From Candidatus Zixiibacteriota bacterium (GTDB lineage: Bacteria > RBG-13-66-14 > B26-G2 > WVWN01): DNA of 64,000 nucleotides. Shown in pieces: positions 1-8,623 of the stretch (positions are counted from its first letter, which is position 1; each line of letters opens with the position of its first letter). Both the position numbers and the translations under genes were made by a program. The notes under the pieces are model-generated. The model made no database searches. It was not told the DNA's origin and worked only from the letters and a program-made list of their open reading frames with translations. Where the stretch lies: assembly GCA_050117845.1 (NCBI GenBank), contig JASFLY010000013.1, positions 6,829 through 70,828 of the forward strand, in the 5' to 3' direction.

Positions 1-596
1 CCGTTTGGAAATCCATGCCGTAAATGTGGGTTCGGCGCGAGTTTTGTTTCCATATTAAATGGCTTCGCCAATCGTACGCCATATCGTAACCGTCGTTGTC
101 GGCTAGGGTAGTGGAATAGTTGATGCTGCCCGTACTCATATCGTGATAATGCAGCGAACTCGACAGAGGGCCGTAACTGATAAGGTAATTCGCAAGTGCT
201 CCGCCGTCTTCGTGACTAAATGGAGCGAGGCCTACCGGGGCATGTGAAGCGTTCCATAGGTTTCTTAAATCGCCGTCGTTAACATCGCATTTGTAAACGA
301 GGCCGTTGCCCATACAACCTATCCAGATATCGCCGCCCCATGTGTAAGCCAGGCCGCGGTTGCCGGCGGGAAAAGGACAGGACCATGATCTTACTACCGA
401 ACCATCCTGCCGACGTATCGTGACGACTTTGTCGAGTCCTTGACTCGAGATATAAAATATATAAGCGTTGGACACCGCTACGCCCCCGGGGTCCGAGAGG
501 GTTAGAGGCCACGAGGTCATGACGTCTCCGAGTGCGGCGAACGCGTTGCCCGCGAGTAGCGCCGAAGCGAGCGCGATAAGGATATACTTCTTCACG
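1..596 (-). CDS. Partial (runs off the 5' edge of the window) secreted repeat protein, GTG start at 596. Translation MKKYILIALASALLAGNAFAALGDVMTSWPLT... carries a signal peptide. It is a paralog of the 43666..44427 and 45524..46318 genes.
   Basis: Manual translation of the minus strand. This ORF is not in the supplied track because it has no stop codon inside the window. It shares the N-terminal motif A(L/W)G(D/T)(I/V)xxSWxxP with the two other secreted paralogs, and its codon usage is GC3-rich. Confidence 0.5.
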
Positions 597-729
597 TGTT
601 ACCCCCTTGTTAAATCGTCCTTCGGTTTATGATACGGATTCCAATAAATATAAATAACGCTGAGCGTTTCTGTCAAGGTATTAATTTCCGACGCCGGGCC
701 GCGCCGCAAACGCCCCGAATCAACCGCAG

Positions 730-758
730 TTGCGCGGCCTCGTTTTATGTGCTACAAT
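730..758 (+). promoter_or_regulatory. Sigma70-like promoter TTGCGC-17-TACAAT upstream of trpS
   Basis: Hexamers TTGCGC and TACAAT separated by 17 nt. A GAGGAG RBS lies 4 nt before the ATG at 784. Confidence 0.35.
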
Positions 759-783
759 CCGGGAAACTCACCGCGAGGAGCTT

Positions 784-1785
784 ATGACGACGGCAAAAAA
801 GGGAACCATACTATCCGGCATGCGGCCCACGGGGCCGCTCCACCTCGGCAATCTGGCGGGCGCCCTCACCAACTGGGTGGCGCTCCAGGACGAGTACAAC
901 TGCTACTACGAGATAGCGGACCTCCACGCGCTGACCGACCGCACCGACACCTCGGCCATCCCGGGGGACCGCTGGGAGGTCCTCCTCGACTGGCTCGCCG
1001 CCGGCCTCGATCCCGAACGCTCGGTTCTCTTCGTCCAGTCCGACGTCCCGGAGCACTCGCTGTTGTACACCCTCCTCGGCATGTTCGTCCCGGTGACCTG
1101 GCTCGAGCGGGTTCCCACTTATAAAGAGAAGGTCCGGGAAATGGGCCTTGCCGAGTCGGCCTCATTCGGCCTTCTGGGTTACCCCGTCCTGCAGGCCGTG
1201 GACATCGCCATATACAAGGCCGACGCCGTCCCGGTGGGGGAGGACCAGCTGCCCCACCTTGAACTCACCCGCGAGATAACCCGGCGCTTCAACAATTTCT
1301 TCGGCGAGGTCTTCGTCGAACCGCAGGCGCTGTTGACCGCGGCGGCGCGCCTCCCGGGCCTCGACGGCCGAAAGATGTCCAAGTCGTACGATAACGCTAT
1401 TTACATCAAGGACAGCGCGGCCGACGTTATGAAAAAGGTCAAGACGATGTTCACGGACCCCAAGCGCGTCTACCGGCGCGACCCCGGCCACCCCGACGAA
1501 TGCAACGTCTACCTCTATCGCCGCCTCTACGAGGCCGCGAACGCCGAGGGAGTATCCGAGGCCTGCAAGAAGGCCGAAATAGGCTGTACCGATTGCAAGG
1601 TGGCGCTCGCCGCCGCCATTAACGAGTACCTCGCCCCCCTGCGGGAGAAACGCGGCGACTTCGAGGCCCGCCCCGATTACCTTCGCGACGTGTTGGAAGA
1701 GGGCGCCCGTAAGGCCCGGGAAGTCGCGCGCCGCACCTGCGACGAGGCGTACGCCGCGGCTCACTTGCGGAGCAGCGGCGGATAG
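784..1785 (+). CDS. trpS: Tryptophan--tRNA ligase
   Basis: Class I aaRS motifs are present: a HIGH-like PTGPLHLGN and KMSKS. Overall similarity to TrpS. The start was moved to the ATG at 784 (MTTAKK), which has a GAGGAG RBS. Confidence 0.9.
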   Translation: MTTAKKGTILSGMRPTGPLHLGNLAGALTNWVALQDEYNCYYEIADLHALTDRTDTSAIPGDRWEVLLDWLAAGLDPERSVLFVQSDVPEHSLLYTLLGMFVPVTWLERVPTYKEKVREMGLAESASFGLLGYPVLQAVDIAIYKADAVPVGEDQLPHLELTREITRRFNNFFGEVFVEPQALLTAAARLPGLDGRKMSKSYDNAIYIKDSAADVMKKVKTMFTDPKRVYRRDPGHPDECNVYLYRRLYEAANAEGVSEACKKAEIGCTDCKVALAAAINEYLAPLREKRGDFEARPDYLRDVLEEGARKAREVARRTCDEAYAAAHLRSSGG

Positions 1786-1801
1786 GCCCGGGCGGCCGGC
1801 C

Positions 1802-2509
1802 ATGACGGATTATCGCGTAAAGCTGCCCATCTACGAGGGCCCGCTGGACCTCCTCCTCTTCCTCATCCACAAGGACGAACTCGACGTCTACGATATCCCC
1901 ATCTCCCGGATAACGGAGCAGTACCTGGCGTACCTGGATTTAATGGAAGAACTAAACCTGTCCGTCGCCGGGGAGTTCTTCGTGATGGCCGCGACGCTGA
2001 TGGAAATAAAATCGGCGATGCTCCTGCCGCGAGCCGAACCCCCGTCGGGCGAGGGCATCGAGGACCCGCGGGCGGCCCTCGTGGCCCAGCTTCTCGAGTA
2101 CCAAAAATTCAAGGCCGCGGCCGGTGGCCTGGCGGAACGCGAATCCGACCAGGCCGGTAAGTATCCGGCGGGCGGCGACGGCCGCTTCAGCAACGAGGCC
2201 CCGGTGGGCGAGTCCATCTTCGCGCTTTTTAAGGCGTTCCAGGGCGTATTGGCCCGGGCGCCGCAGGAACGCGACGTCACCCCCGGCCAGCGCGGCCCCT
2301 CCATAGAACAGCAACTCGACTTCATCCGCGGCAGCTTGAAGGCCGCCGGCGGCCGCGTTCGCTTCGAGGATATCTTCGAGGGGACGCGTATAGTACTGGT
2401 CGTTACTTTCCTGGCCCTTCTCGAGCTATTGCGGACGGGCGAGTGCCGCGTCCGGCAGGACAGAACTTTTGACGCCATATGGATATACCCGACTCTAACG
2501 CTGGTGTAA
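1802..2509 (+). CDS. scpA: Segregation and condensation protein A
   Basis: N-terminus LPIYEGPLDLLLFLIHKDELDVYDIPISRITEQYL is the ScpA signature. It is followed by an scpB homolog. Confidence 0.8.
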   Translation: MTDYRVKLPIYEGPLDLLLFLIHKDELDVYDIPISRITEQYLAYLDLMEELNLSVAGEFFVMAATLMEIKSAMLLPRAEPPSGEGIEDPRAALVAQLLEYQKFKAAAGGLAERESDQAGKYPAGGDGRFSNEAPVGESIFALFKAFQGVLARAPQERDVTPGQRGPSIEQQLDFIRGSLKAAGGRVRFEDIFEGTRIVLVVTFLALLELLRTGECRVRQDRTFDAIWIYPTLTLV

Positions 2510-3042
2510 AAGAGGAAGGCGGGAAGCCCGACCTTCCCCTCAAGAACGTCGTCGAGGCGGTCCTCTTCGTCACGCCCGACCCGTTGCCCCTGAAGAAGCT
2601 GGGCGCCATCGTGGGCGCTTCGGCCGACGAGCTCAAGGCCGTCATCGCCGAACTCCGGGAGGAGTACGAGGGGCGCGGCGTGGAACTCGCGTACGTCGCC
2701 GGCGGCTACCGCTTCTTTTCCCGGCCGGAATACGCGCCCTGGGCCAAACAGGTCCTGCCGCTCGAGAAGGCGCCCCGCCTGAGCCGGGCGGCCCTCGAGA
2801 CGCTGGCCATAATCGCGTACCGCCAGCCCATAACCCGCGTTGCCATCGACGAGATCCGGGGGGTCAACAGCGACGGCGTCGTTAAGACCCTCCTCGAGCG
2901 CAAGCTGATAATCACGGACGGCCGGGAGGACGTGCCGGGGCGCCCCTTCAAATACCGCACCACCAAGCAGTTCCTCTATTACTTCGGCCTGACCGGCCTG
3001 AACGACCTCCCACCCCTGGAAGAATTCGATTCGGAGACGTAA
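2479..3042 (+). CDS. scpB: Segregation and condensation protein B
   Basis: ScpB-like winged-helix sequence (VVEAVLFVTPDPLPLKKLGAIVGASADELKAVIAELREEY, LETLAIIAYRQPITRVAIDEIRGVNSD). The exact start is uncertain because the ORF overlaps the end of scpA. Confidence 0.75.
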   Translation: MDIPDSNAGVKEEGGKPDLPLKNVVEAVLFVTPDPLPLKKLGAIVGASADELKAVIAELREEYEGRGVELAYVAGGYRFFSRPEYAPWAKQVLPLEKAPRLSRAALETLAIIAYRQPITRVAIDEIRGVNSDGVVKTLLERKLIITDGREDVPGRPFKYRTTKQFLYYFGLTGLNDLPPLEEFDSET

Positions 3043-3048
3043 ACTCTG

Positions 3049-3771
3049 ATGGAGAAGCGTCGCGGCATCCGCATCAACCGCTATCTCGCGATGTGCGGTT
3101 TCGGCGCTCGGCGCGCCGTGGAGCGGCTCGTGGCCGAGGGCCGCGTTCGCGTCGACGGCGAGGTGGTGACGGACCTCGCTTTCCGCGTGGAGGCCGGGGC
3201 CAAGGTAACGGTCAACGGCGCCGTCGCCCGGGCGCGGCGCAAGTTCCGCTACGTCGCGTACTACAAGCGGCGCGGCGTCCTGACGACGGCCCGCGACCCC
3301 TTCCGCCGCCGGATAATAAAGCACGAACTGCCGCGGCACCTGCGCAGCCTTAAACCCGTGGGCCGGCTCGACGCCGACACCGAGGGCCTGATACTTTTAA
3401 CGGACGATGGCGCGTTCGCGCATCGCGTCGCCCACCCCTCCTTCGGCGTTCTCAAGCGCTACGTCGTCGAGGTGCGGGGGTGCGTTACCCGCAAGGGCGT
3501 CCGCGAACTCGAGCGCGGTATAAAGCTCCGCGACGGCCACATAGGCCGGGTCAACGTCGAGACGGTGGAGGCCGAGGCGGAGTCGTCCGTCGTGACCCTC
3601 AACGTCGAGTACGGCCGGAAGCGCATGTTGCGGCAGATGTTCGCCGCCCTGCGCCACAGGGTAACGCGCCTCTGCCGGGTTAACGTCGGGCCGGTGGCGC
3701 TCGGCGAACTCGCCCCCGGCGAATGGCGCGACCTTACGGCCGAGGAGGTAAAGATACTCCGTGGGCAGTAG
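3049..3771 (+). CDS. rluB: RluB/RsuA-family 23S rRNA pseudouridine synthase
   Basis: An S4 domain (IRINRYLAMCGFGARRAVERLVAEGRVRVDG) followed by a pseudouridine synthase core (VGRLDADTEGLILLTDDG). The scpAB-rluB-cmk gene order is common. Confidence 0.75.
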   Translation: MEKRRGIRINRYLAMCGFGARRAVERLVAEGRVRVDGEVVTDLAFRVEAGAKVTVNGAVARARRKFRYVAYYKRRGVLTTARDPFRRRIIKHELPRHLRSLKPVGRLDADTEGLILLTDDGAFAHRVAHPSFGVLKRYVVEVRGCVTRKGVRELERGIKLRDGHIGRVNVETVEAEAESSVVTLNVEYGRKRMLRQMFAALRHRVTRLCRVNVGPVALGELAPGEWRDLTAEEVKILRGQ

Positions 3772-4462
3772 CGAAACGGGCGTTCCGGTAGTCGTGGCGT
3801 TGGACGGCCCGGCGGCCTCGGGGAAGAGCACCGTCGGCCTCGCCGTCGCGCGGCGGCTGGGCTTCGCCTTCGTCGAGACCGGCAAGCTCTACCGCGCGCT
3901 GGCGTGGAAGGCCCGGGCGGAGGAACTGCCCTTTACGGACGGGCCGGCGCTGGCGGCGGCCTTCGACCGAACGGAAGTAGAGTACCGGCTGGATCAGGAT
4001 GGCCCCAAGATACTCGTCGACGGCCGAGACGTTACGGCCGAGCTGTCCTCGGCCGAGGTGGCGGAGGGGGCGTCCGCCATATCGGCGCTCGCCGAGGTGC
4101 GCGAGGTCCTTCTGCCGCTCCAGCGGCGTTTGGCCCGGCCGCCGGGCGTCGTGGTCGAAGGCCGGGACATCGGGACCGTCGTCTTCCCGGACGCGCCCTA
4201 CAAATTTTACCTGGACGCTTCTTTGGAGGAGCGGGCGCGGCGGCGGGCCCGGGACTTCGCCGCCGCCGGCAAGCCGGTGGACGTGGCCGAGGTGGAGCGC
4301 GACCTGGCCGCCCGGGACGCCCGGGACCGGGGCCGGGCGGCGGCGCCGCTGCGCCGCGCCGAGGACGCCGTCCTCGTCGACACCACGTCCCGGACGTTCG
4401 ACGAGGTAGTAGACTTCATAACGGCCGCCGTACAAGCGGGGGAGGGGCGAACCGCCGCGTAA
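3761..4462 (+). CDS. cmk: Cytidylate kinase
   Basis: P-loop VVALDGPAASGKSTVGLAVARRLGFAFVETGKLYRA is typical of Cmk. GTG start. Confidence 0.85.
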   Translation: MGSSETGVPVVVALDGPAASGKSTVGLAVARRLGFAFVETGKLYRALAWKARAEELPFTDGPALAAAFDRTEVEYRLDQDGPKILVDGRDVTAELSSAEVAEGASAISALAEVREVLLPLQRRLARPPGVVVEGRDIGTVVFPDAPYKFYLDASLEERARRRARDFAAAGKPVDVAEVERDLAARDARDRGRAAAPLRRAEDAVLVDTTSRTFDEVVDFITAAVQAGEGRTAA

Positions 4463-5148
4463 TGCCGATCTATATGGGACATATCCTCCGGGCGATAATG
4501 TGGCGGACTGCCCATTTCTTCATCGCCTGGCCGCTCGGCAAAATCGTCTTCGACTTCGACGTGCGCGGCGTCGAGAACGTCCCCCTGCGGGGGGGCGTGC
4601 TGGCGGCGGCCAACCACGCGTCGTACCTGGACCCGCCGCTCTTGGGCAACGCCACGCCCCGCGTGATGTACTACATGGCCCGGGCGGACCTCTTCCGCGG
4701 GAAGCTGGCCGGCCCCTTCATCCGCCTGTGGGGCGCGTTCCCGATAGGCCGGGAGAAGTGGTCGGCCGGAGGGCTCAAGGAGGCCCGCCGGAAATTGAAC
4801 GAGGGCAAACTCGTGATGTACTTCCCGGAGGGGACGCGCTCGTACGACGGCGACCTGCGCAAGCCGATGGTCGGCGCGGGCCTTCTGGCCTACATGGCCG
4901 ACGCGCCGGTCGTCCCGGCCTACATCGACGGCTCCTTCGAGTCGTTCCCCCGGGGCGCCAGGTTCCCCCGGCGGGCCAAAATAACGGTAAGCTTCGGCCC
5001 CCCGGTCGAAATGTCCCGATATCGCAGTCAACCCGGCTCCAAGGAACTGTACCGCGAAATAGCCGAAGATATTATGGCGCGGGTGGCGGCGTTGCGGGAC
5101 GAGCTGCACCCGCCGGCGGCCGGGAACGGGGGCGACGGGAAAGCATGA
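4462..5148 (+). CDS. plsC: 1-acyl-sn-glycerol-3-phosphate acyltransferase
   Basis: HX4D-type acyltransferase motif (AANHASYLDPPLL) and FPEGTRS. The start was set at the internal ATG 4462 (MPIYMGH); the longer track ORF 3904..5148 is a GC-driven extension through cmk. Confidence 0.8.
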   Translation: MPIYMGHILRAIMWRTAHFFIAWPLGKIVFDFDVRGVENVPLRGGVLAAANHASYLDPPLLGNATPRVMYYMARADLFRGKLAGPFIRLWGAFPIGREKWSAGGLKEARRKLNEGKLVMYFPEGTRSYDGDLRKPMVGAGLLAYMADAPVVPAYIDGSFESFPRGARFPRRAKITVSFGPPVEMSRYRSQPGSKELYREIAEDIMARVAALRDELHPPAAGNGGDGKA

Positions 5149-6014
5149 AGGTAATAGTGGCCTCGGACGCCGGATTCTGTTTCGGCGTGAAGCGGGCGAC
5201 CAAGGCCGCGTTCGGCGCGGCCCGCCGGGCCGAGGGGCCCGTCTATACGCTGGGCGAACTCATCCACAACCCCCAGGTCGTGACGCGGCTGGAGGAGATG
5301 GGCGTCCGCGTGGCTCGGAGCCCGGAAGAGGTGGGCTCCGATACCGTAATCATTCGTTCCCACGGCCTGCCGCCCGAGACCGTCCGGGCCCTCCGCGAGC
5401 AGGGCGCCGAGATAATCGACCTCACCTGTCCCACCGTCAAGGCGGTGCAGCAGCGCGCCGCGGCGCTGGGCCGCGAGGGATACCTGGTCGTGATAATCGG
5501 CGACCGCGACCACCCGGAAGTCCAGGCCATCGCCGGCTACGCGGGGCCCGAGGTCGTCATCGTGAATTCGGAGGCCGAGGCCGAGGCTCTTCCGCAGGCC
5601 GAGAAGATCGGCGTCGTCATGCAGACGACCCACGCCGCCGATACCTGCCACCGCATCACGAGCGTCCTTCTGGGTCGGGCGCACGAGATTCGCGTGTTCA
5701 ATACGCTGTGCGACGCGACCGCCAAGCGCCAGCGGGCCGCCCTCGACCTCGCCGGCGAGGTCGACGTCATGGTGGTGGTGGGGGGGCGCAACAGCGCCAA
5801 CACCGGCCGGCTGGCCGAAATCTGCCGCGCCGCCGGGGCGACGACCTACCACGTGGAGACGGCCGAGGAGTTGCGGGACGGGTGGTTCGAAGGGGCGGAG
5901 GCCGTCGGCGTAACCGCGGGGACCTCCACCGCCGACTGGATTATCGAGGAAGTCGTGGCCCGTCTGGGGGCCGGAGGCGCCGGGGGCGACGACGCGAAAC
6001 CTCTTGTATTATAA
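5145..6014 (+). CDS. ispH: 4-hydroxy-3-methylbut-2-enyl diphosphate reductase (IspH/LytB)
   Basis: Full-length LytB-like sequence with the three conserved Cys (CFGV, TCP, NTLC). Start at ATG 5145 (MKVIVAS). Track ORF 4500..6014 includes a spurious 5' extension. Confidence 0.85.
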   Translation: MKVIVASDAGFCFGVKRATKAAFGAARRAEGPVYTLGELIHNPQVVTRLEEMGVRVARSPEEVGSDTVIIRSHGLPPETVRALREQGAEIIDLTCPTVKAVQQRAAALGREGYLVVIIGDRDHPEVQAIAGYAGPEVVIVNSEAEAEALPQAEKIGVVMQTTHAADTCHRITSVLLGRAHEIRVFNTLCDATAKRQRAALDLAGEVDVMVVVGGRNSANTGRLAEICRAAGATTYHVETAEELRDGWFEGAEAVGVTAGTSTADWIIEEVVARLGAGGAGGDDAKPLVL

Positions 6015-6058
6015 TTGCCTTGCGTCGCGCGCCTTAAGTTTGTTAATATCGTGGCCCG

Positions 6059-6367
6059 ATGGGGAAGAAGTTCTGGGTCGCGCTTTCTTACGTCGGGTTC
6101 CTGGGTCTGTTCGTCCACCTCTTCGGCGGGGGCGAGTTGGCCCGCTGGGGCCGTAACGGCTTTATAGCTTTTATTTGGGAACTTATCGCGTTCCTGGTGC
6201 TCGACGTGATCCGCGTTAAATTCGGCTGGTCGCTTTACGTATTCATACCGGCGCTGGCCGTTACGTCGGTCGTAAAAACGGTATTGATGATTAAGGCCGT
6301 GCGAAGCGCGGGCCGAGCGGGCGATAAGGAAGTTATAATCCATAAATCGGAGGTAACTTATGACTAA
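6059..6367 (+). CDS. Small hypothetical membrane protein (3 predicted TM helices)
   Basis: Hydrophobic ORF located upstream of the DUF4870 triplet. No recognisable family. Confidence 0.4.
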   Translation: MGKKFWVALSYVGFLGLFVHLFGGGELARWGRNGFIAFIWELIAFLVLDVIRVKFGWSLYVFIPALAVTSVVKTVLMIKAVRSAGRAGDKEVIIHKSEVTYD

Positions 6368-6734
6368 CGGGGAAGAGAAGGCGACGTTGCCGCCGGAGAT
6401 AGAAGAGGGGAAAACCATGGCGGCGATAGGATACATCAGTATCCTGTTCCTTATCCCCCTACTCGCAAAGAAAGAAAACAAGTTCTGCCAGTTCCACGGA
6501 AAACAGGGCGCGGTCTTGTTCGGCGTCGAGGTGATCGGGGCCGTCGTACTGGCAATCCTGAGCGCCATACTGGGGTTAGTGCCGTGCGCGGGGTGGGCCA
6601 TAAGCCTCGTACTATGGTTGGCCTTCTGCGTGTGCGCGTTGGGCCTTTCCATCTGGGGCTTCATCCAGGCGCTCAAGGGCGAGTACTGGGATATGCCGGT
6701 CATCGCGCCGCTGGCCCAAAAATTGAATTTCTAG
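6360..6734 (+). CDS. DUF4870-like small membrane protein (paralog 1 of 3)
   Basis: Shared motif EIEEGKTMAAIGYISILFLIPLLAKKENKFCQFHGKQGAVL across the three tandem genes, plus two TM helices and a C-terminal ...KLNF/KLTF/RINL. The consensus was recalled from memory (DUF4870: ...F.kFHA.Q.L.L). Confidence 0.6.
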   Translation: MTNGEEKATLPPEIEEGKTMAAIGYISILFLIPLLAKKENKFCQFHGKQGAVLFGVEVIGAVVLAILSAILGLVPCAGWAISLVLWLAFCVCALGLSIWGFIQALKGEYWDMPVIAPLAQKLNF

Positions 6735-6797
6735 TCGGCCCCGGTGCTGTACCGGGTCCGGCCCGTTAAGTTCTCATCTATACGGAGGTAATACACC

Positions 6798-7112
6798 ATG
6801 GCGGAAACATCCGCACCGACGTTCACGCAGGAAGAGATCGACGATGGTAAAACCTTCGCCGGTATCGGTTACATTGGCATCCTTTTCCTTTTACCGCTCC
6901 TGGCCAAGCCGGACAATAAATTCTGCCGGGCCCACGCCAAACAAGGGCTCGTATTGTGTATCGCTTTCATCCCGATGGTTATCCCGTTCATCGGCTGGCT
7001 GTGGGGCATTTTCGTTTTAATATGCGCGATAATGGGCCTCGTCGCGGCGTTCCAGGGTAAGTACCAGAAACTCCCGCTCTTCGGGAGCATCGCCGAAAAA
7101 CTGACGTTCTAA
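6798..7112 (+). CDS. DUF4870-like small membrane protein (paralog 2 of 3)
   Basis: Same motifs as the 6360..6734 gene (EEIDDGKTFAGIGYIGILFLLPLLAKPDNKFCRAHAKQGLVL). Confidence 0.6.
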   Translation: MAETSAPTFTQEEIDDGKTFAGIGYIGILFLLPLLAKPDNKFCRAHAKQGLVLCIAFIPMVIPFIGWLWGIFVLICAIMGLVAAFQGKYQKLPLFGSIAEKLTF

Positions 7113-7468
7113 TGACCGACGGTCCCGAGACGGACGTTCCGACGAACGACCCGGAGTTCACCCCCGAAGAGGTGGAAGAAGGCAAGGTCCTCGCCGCCAT
7201 TTCCTATATCTACGTCCTGTTCTTCATCCCGCTCGTCGTGCAGCCCCATAACCGCTTTTGCAAGGCTCACGCGAAGCAGGGCCTGGTACTCTTCATCGCG
7301 GCCATGCTGAGTTATACCTTCTCGATATTCATCATGCCGCCCTTCGGCGGGACCCTGTTGTTCTTCTTTATCATCGTCCTCCAGATAGTAGCCCTCGTGA
7401 AAGCCCTCATGGGCGAATTCTGGAAGATACCGGGCGTTTGGGACCTCGCGTCGCGGATCAACCTGTAA
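7112..7468 (+). CDS. DUF4870-like small membrane protein (paralog 3 of 3)
   Basis: Same motifs (EEVEEGKVLAAISYIYVLFFIPLVVQPHNRFCKAHAKQGLVL). Its start overlaps the stop of the preceding gene (TAATG). Confidence 0.6.
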   Translation: MTDGPETDVPTNDPEFTPEEVEEGKVLAAISYIYVLFFIPLVVQPHNRFCKAHAKQGLVLFIAAMLSYTFSIFIMPPFGGTLLFFFIIVLQIVALVKALMGEFWKIPGVWDLASRINL

Positions 7469-7492
7469 CGCGTTAACAAGTTGGGAATAAGA

Positions 7493-7518
7493 CGCCGGCC
7501 TTCGGGCCGGCGTTTTTA
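7493..7518 (+). terminator. Rho-independent terminator (CGCCGGCC-TTCG-GGCCGGCG + TTTTT)
   Basis: An 8-bp GC stem followed by a T-tract, 25 nt downstream of the DUF4870 triplet. Confidence 0.6.
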
Positions 7519-7545
7519 CACTCCGGTTGCGGGTAACCGGGGAAT

Positions 7546-8619
7546 ATGATAGTATGCAACACTATAAGCGCCGTGGATAAAAGACCCGTTGACCTGCGTA
7601 GCGATACCGTCACCCGGCCCAGCGCCGGGATGCGGGAGGCCATGGCGGCGGCGGAAGTCGGGGACGACGTCTACTACGAGGACCCGACCGTCAATCGCCT
7701 GCAGGAAGTGGTGGCGGCCCTCCTGGGCAAGGAGGCCGGCCTCTTCATGCCCTCGGGCACGATGTCCAACCAGGTCGCCGTCCGGACGGCCTGCCGGGGG
7801 CGCGAGGCCATCTGCGAGGCCGACGCGCATATCTTCCACTACGAGATGGCGGCCGCCGCGGCGTGTTCCGGGATTCAACTTTACCCGGTGCCCGGGAAAC
7901 GGGGCGTACTGACCTGGCCCGACGTGGAGCCGGCGATCCGGCCCGTCGCCGATTATTTCCCCGGGACCGGCCTTATCTGCGTCGAGAATACGCACAACCG
8001 CGCCGGCGGCGCGCTGTTCCCGCTGGAGGTAATGGCGGAGCTGGGAAGGGAGGCGCGGAGCCGCGGCATCCCCGTCCATCTGGACGGGGCGCGTTTGTGG
8101 AACGCCACGGTCGCGACGGGCATTTCCCTCGCCGATTACGCCGACTGCGCCGACAGCGTTTCGGTCTGCTTCTCCAAGGGCCTCGGCGCGCCGGTCGGCT
8201 CCTGCCTCTGCGGGACCAAGGATTTCGTCGCGGCGGCGGTGGCCTCGCGGCGCACCTTCGGCGGGGCGATGCGGCAGGCCGGCGTCATTGCGGCCGGGGC
8301 GTTGTACGCCGTCGAAAATAACGTGAAGCGACTCGCCGAAGATCACCGCCGGGCGGCGGCGCTGGCCGCCGGCCTGAACGACATGCGGGACCTGGTGGTC
8401 GAGCCGCCGGACACCAACATCGTGATGGTGGACATCGAGGACCCGTGCATCGACGCCGCCGGGTTGGTTCGGGAACTCGAGGCCGAGGGCGTACTCACCC
8501 ACGACATGGGCCCCCGGCGCGTTCGCGCCGTGACGCACATGGGGTTGGAAGACGACGACGTTCCCCGGGCGATAGCGGCCTTCGAGGCCGCGGCGGCCCG
8601 CCTCCGGGTGGGCCTCTAA
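7546..8619 (+). CDS. ltaE: Low-specificity L-threonine aldolase (PLP-dependent beta-eliminating lyase family)
   Basis: N-terminal VDLRSDTVTRPSAGMREAM... and FMPSGTMSNQVAV resemble LtaE. The exact start is uncertain. Confidence 0.65.
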   Translation: MIVCNTISAVDKRPVDLRSDTVTRPSAGMREAMAAAEVGDDVYYEDPTVNRLQEVVAALLGKEAGLFMPSGTMSNQVAVRTACRGREAICEADAHIFHYEMAAAAACSGIQLYPVPGKRGVLTWPDVEPAIRPVADYFPGTGLICVENTHNRAGGALFPLEVMAELGREARSRGIPVHLDGARLWNATVATGISLADYADCADSVSVCFSKGLGAPVGSCLCGTKDFVAAAVASRRTFGGAMRQAGVIAAGALYAVENNVKRLAEDHRRAAALAAGLNDMRDLVVEPPDTNIVMVDIEDPCIDAAGLVRELEAEGVLTHDMGPRRVRAVTHMGLEDDDVPRAIAAFEAAAARLRVGL

Positions 8620-8623
8620 CGCG

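Noticed and set aside
279-512. 77-aa minus-strand ORF in the supplied track
   Set aside because: It sits in a different frame from the conserved secreted-protein paralog that I translated manually across 1..596. It has no homolog-like content and is an artefact of high GC.
1888-3339. 483-aa antisense ORF overlapping scpA, scpB and rluB, together with the many similar long Arg/Gly/Pro-rich antisense ORFs elsewhere (for example 4207..5109, 5028..5852, 10262..11542, 23864..25222, 25387..26418, 28569..29774, 32197..33288, 50544..52607, 56432..57496)
   Set aside because: These are typical stop-codon-poor antisense frames of a ~68% GC genome. Their low-complexity composition and the strong homology of the sense-strand genes rule them out.
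3904-5148. Long 5' extensions of plsC (3904), ispH (4500), gpsA (53344), the second tonB-like gene (17595) and P10 (42465) in the ORF track
   Set aside because: The extensions overlap the preceding genes and are Arg/Gly-rich. Internal starts with an RBS, or conserved N-termini, fit the protein families and avoid large gene overlaps.
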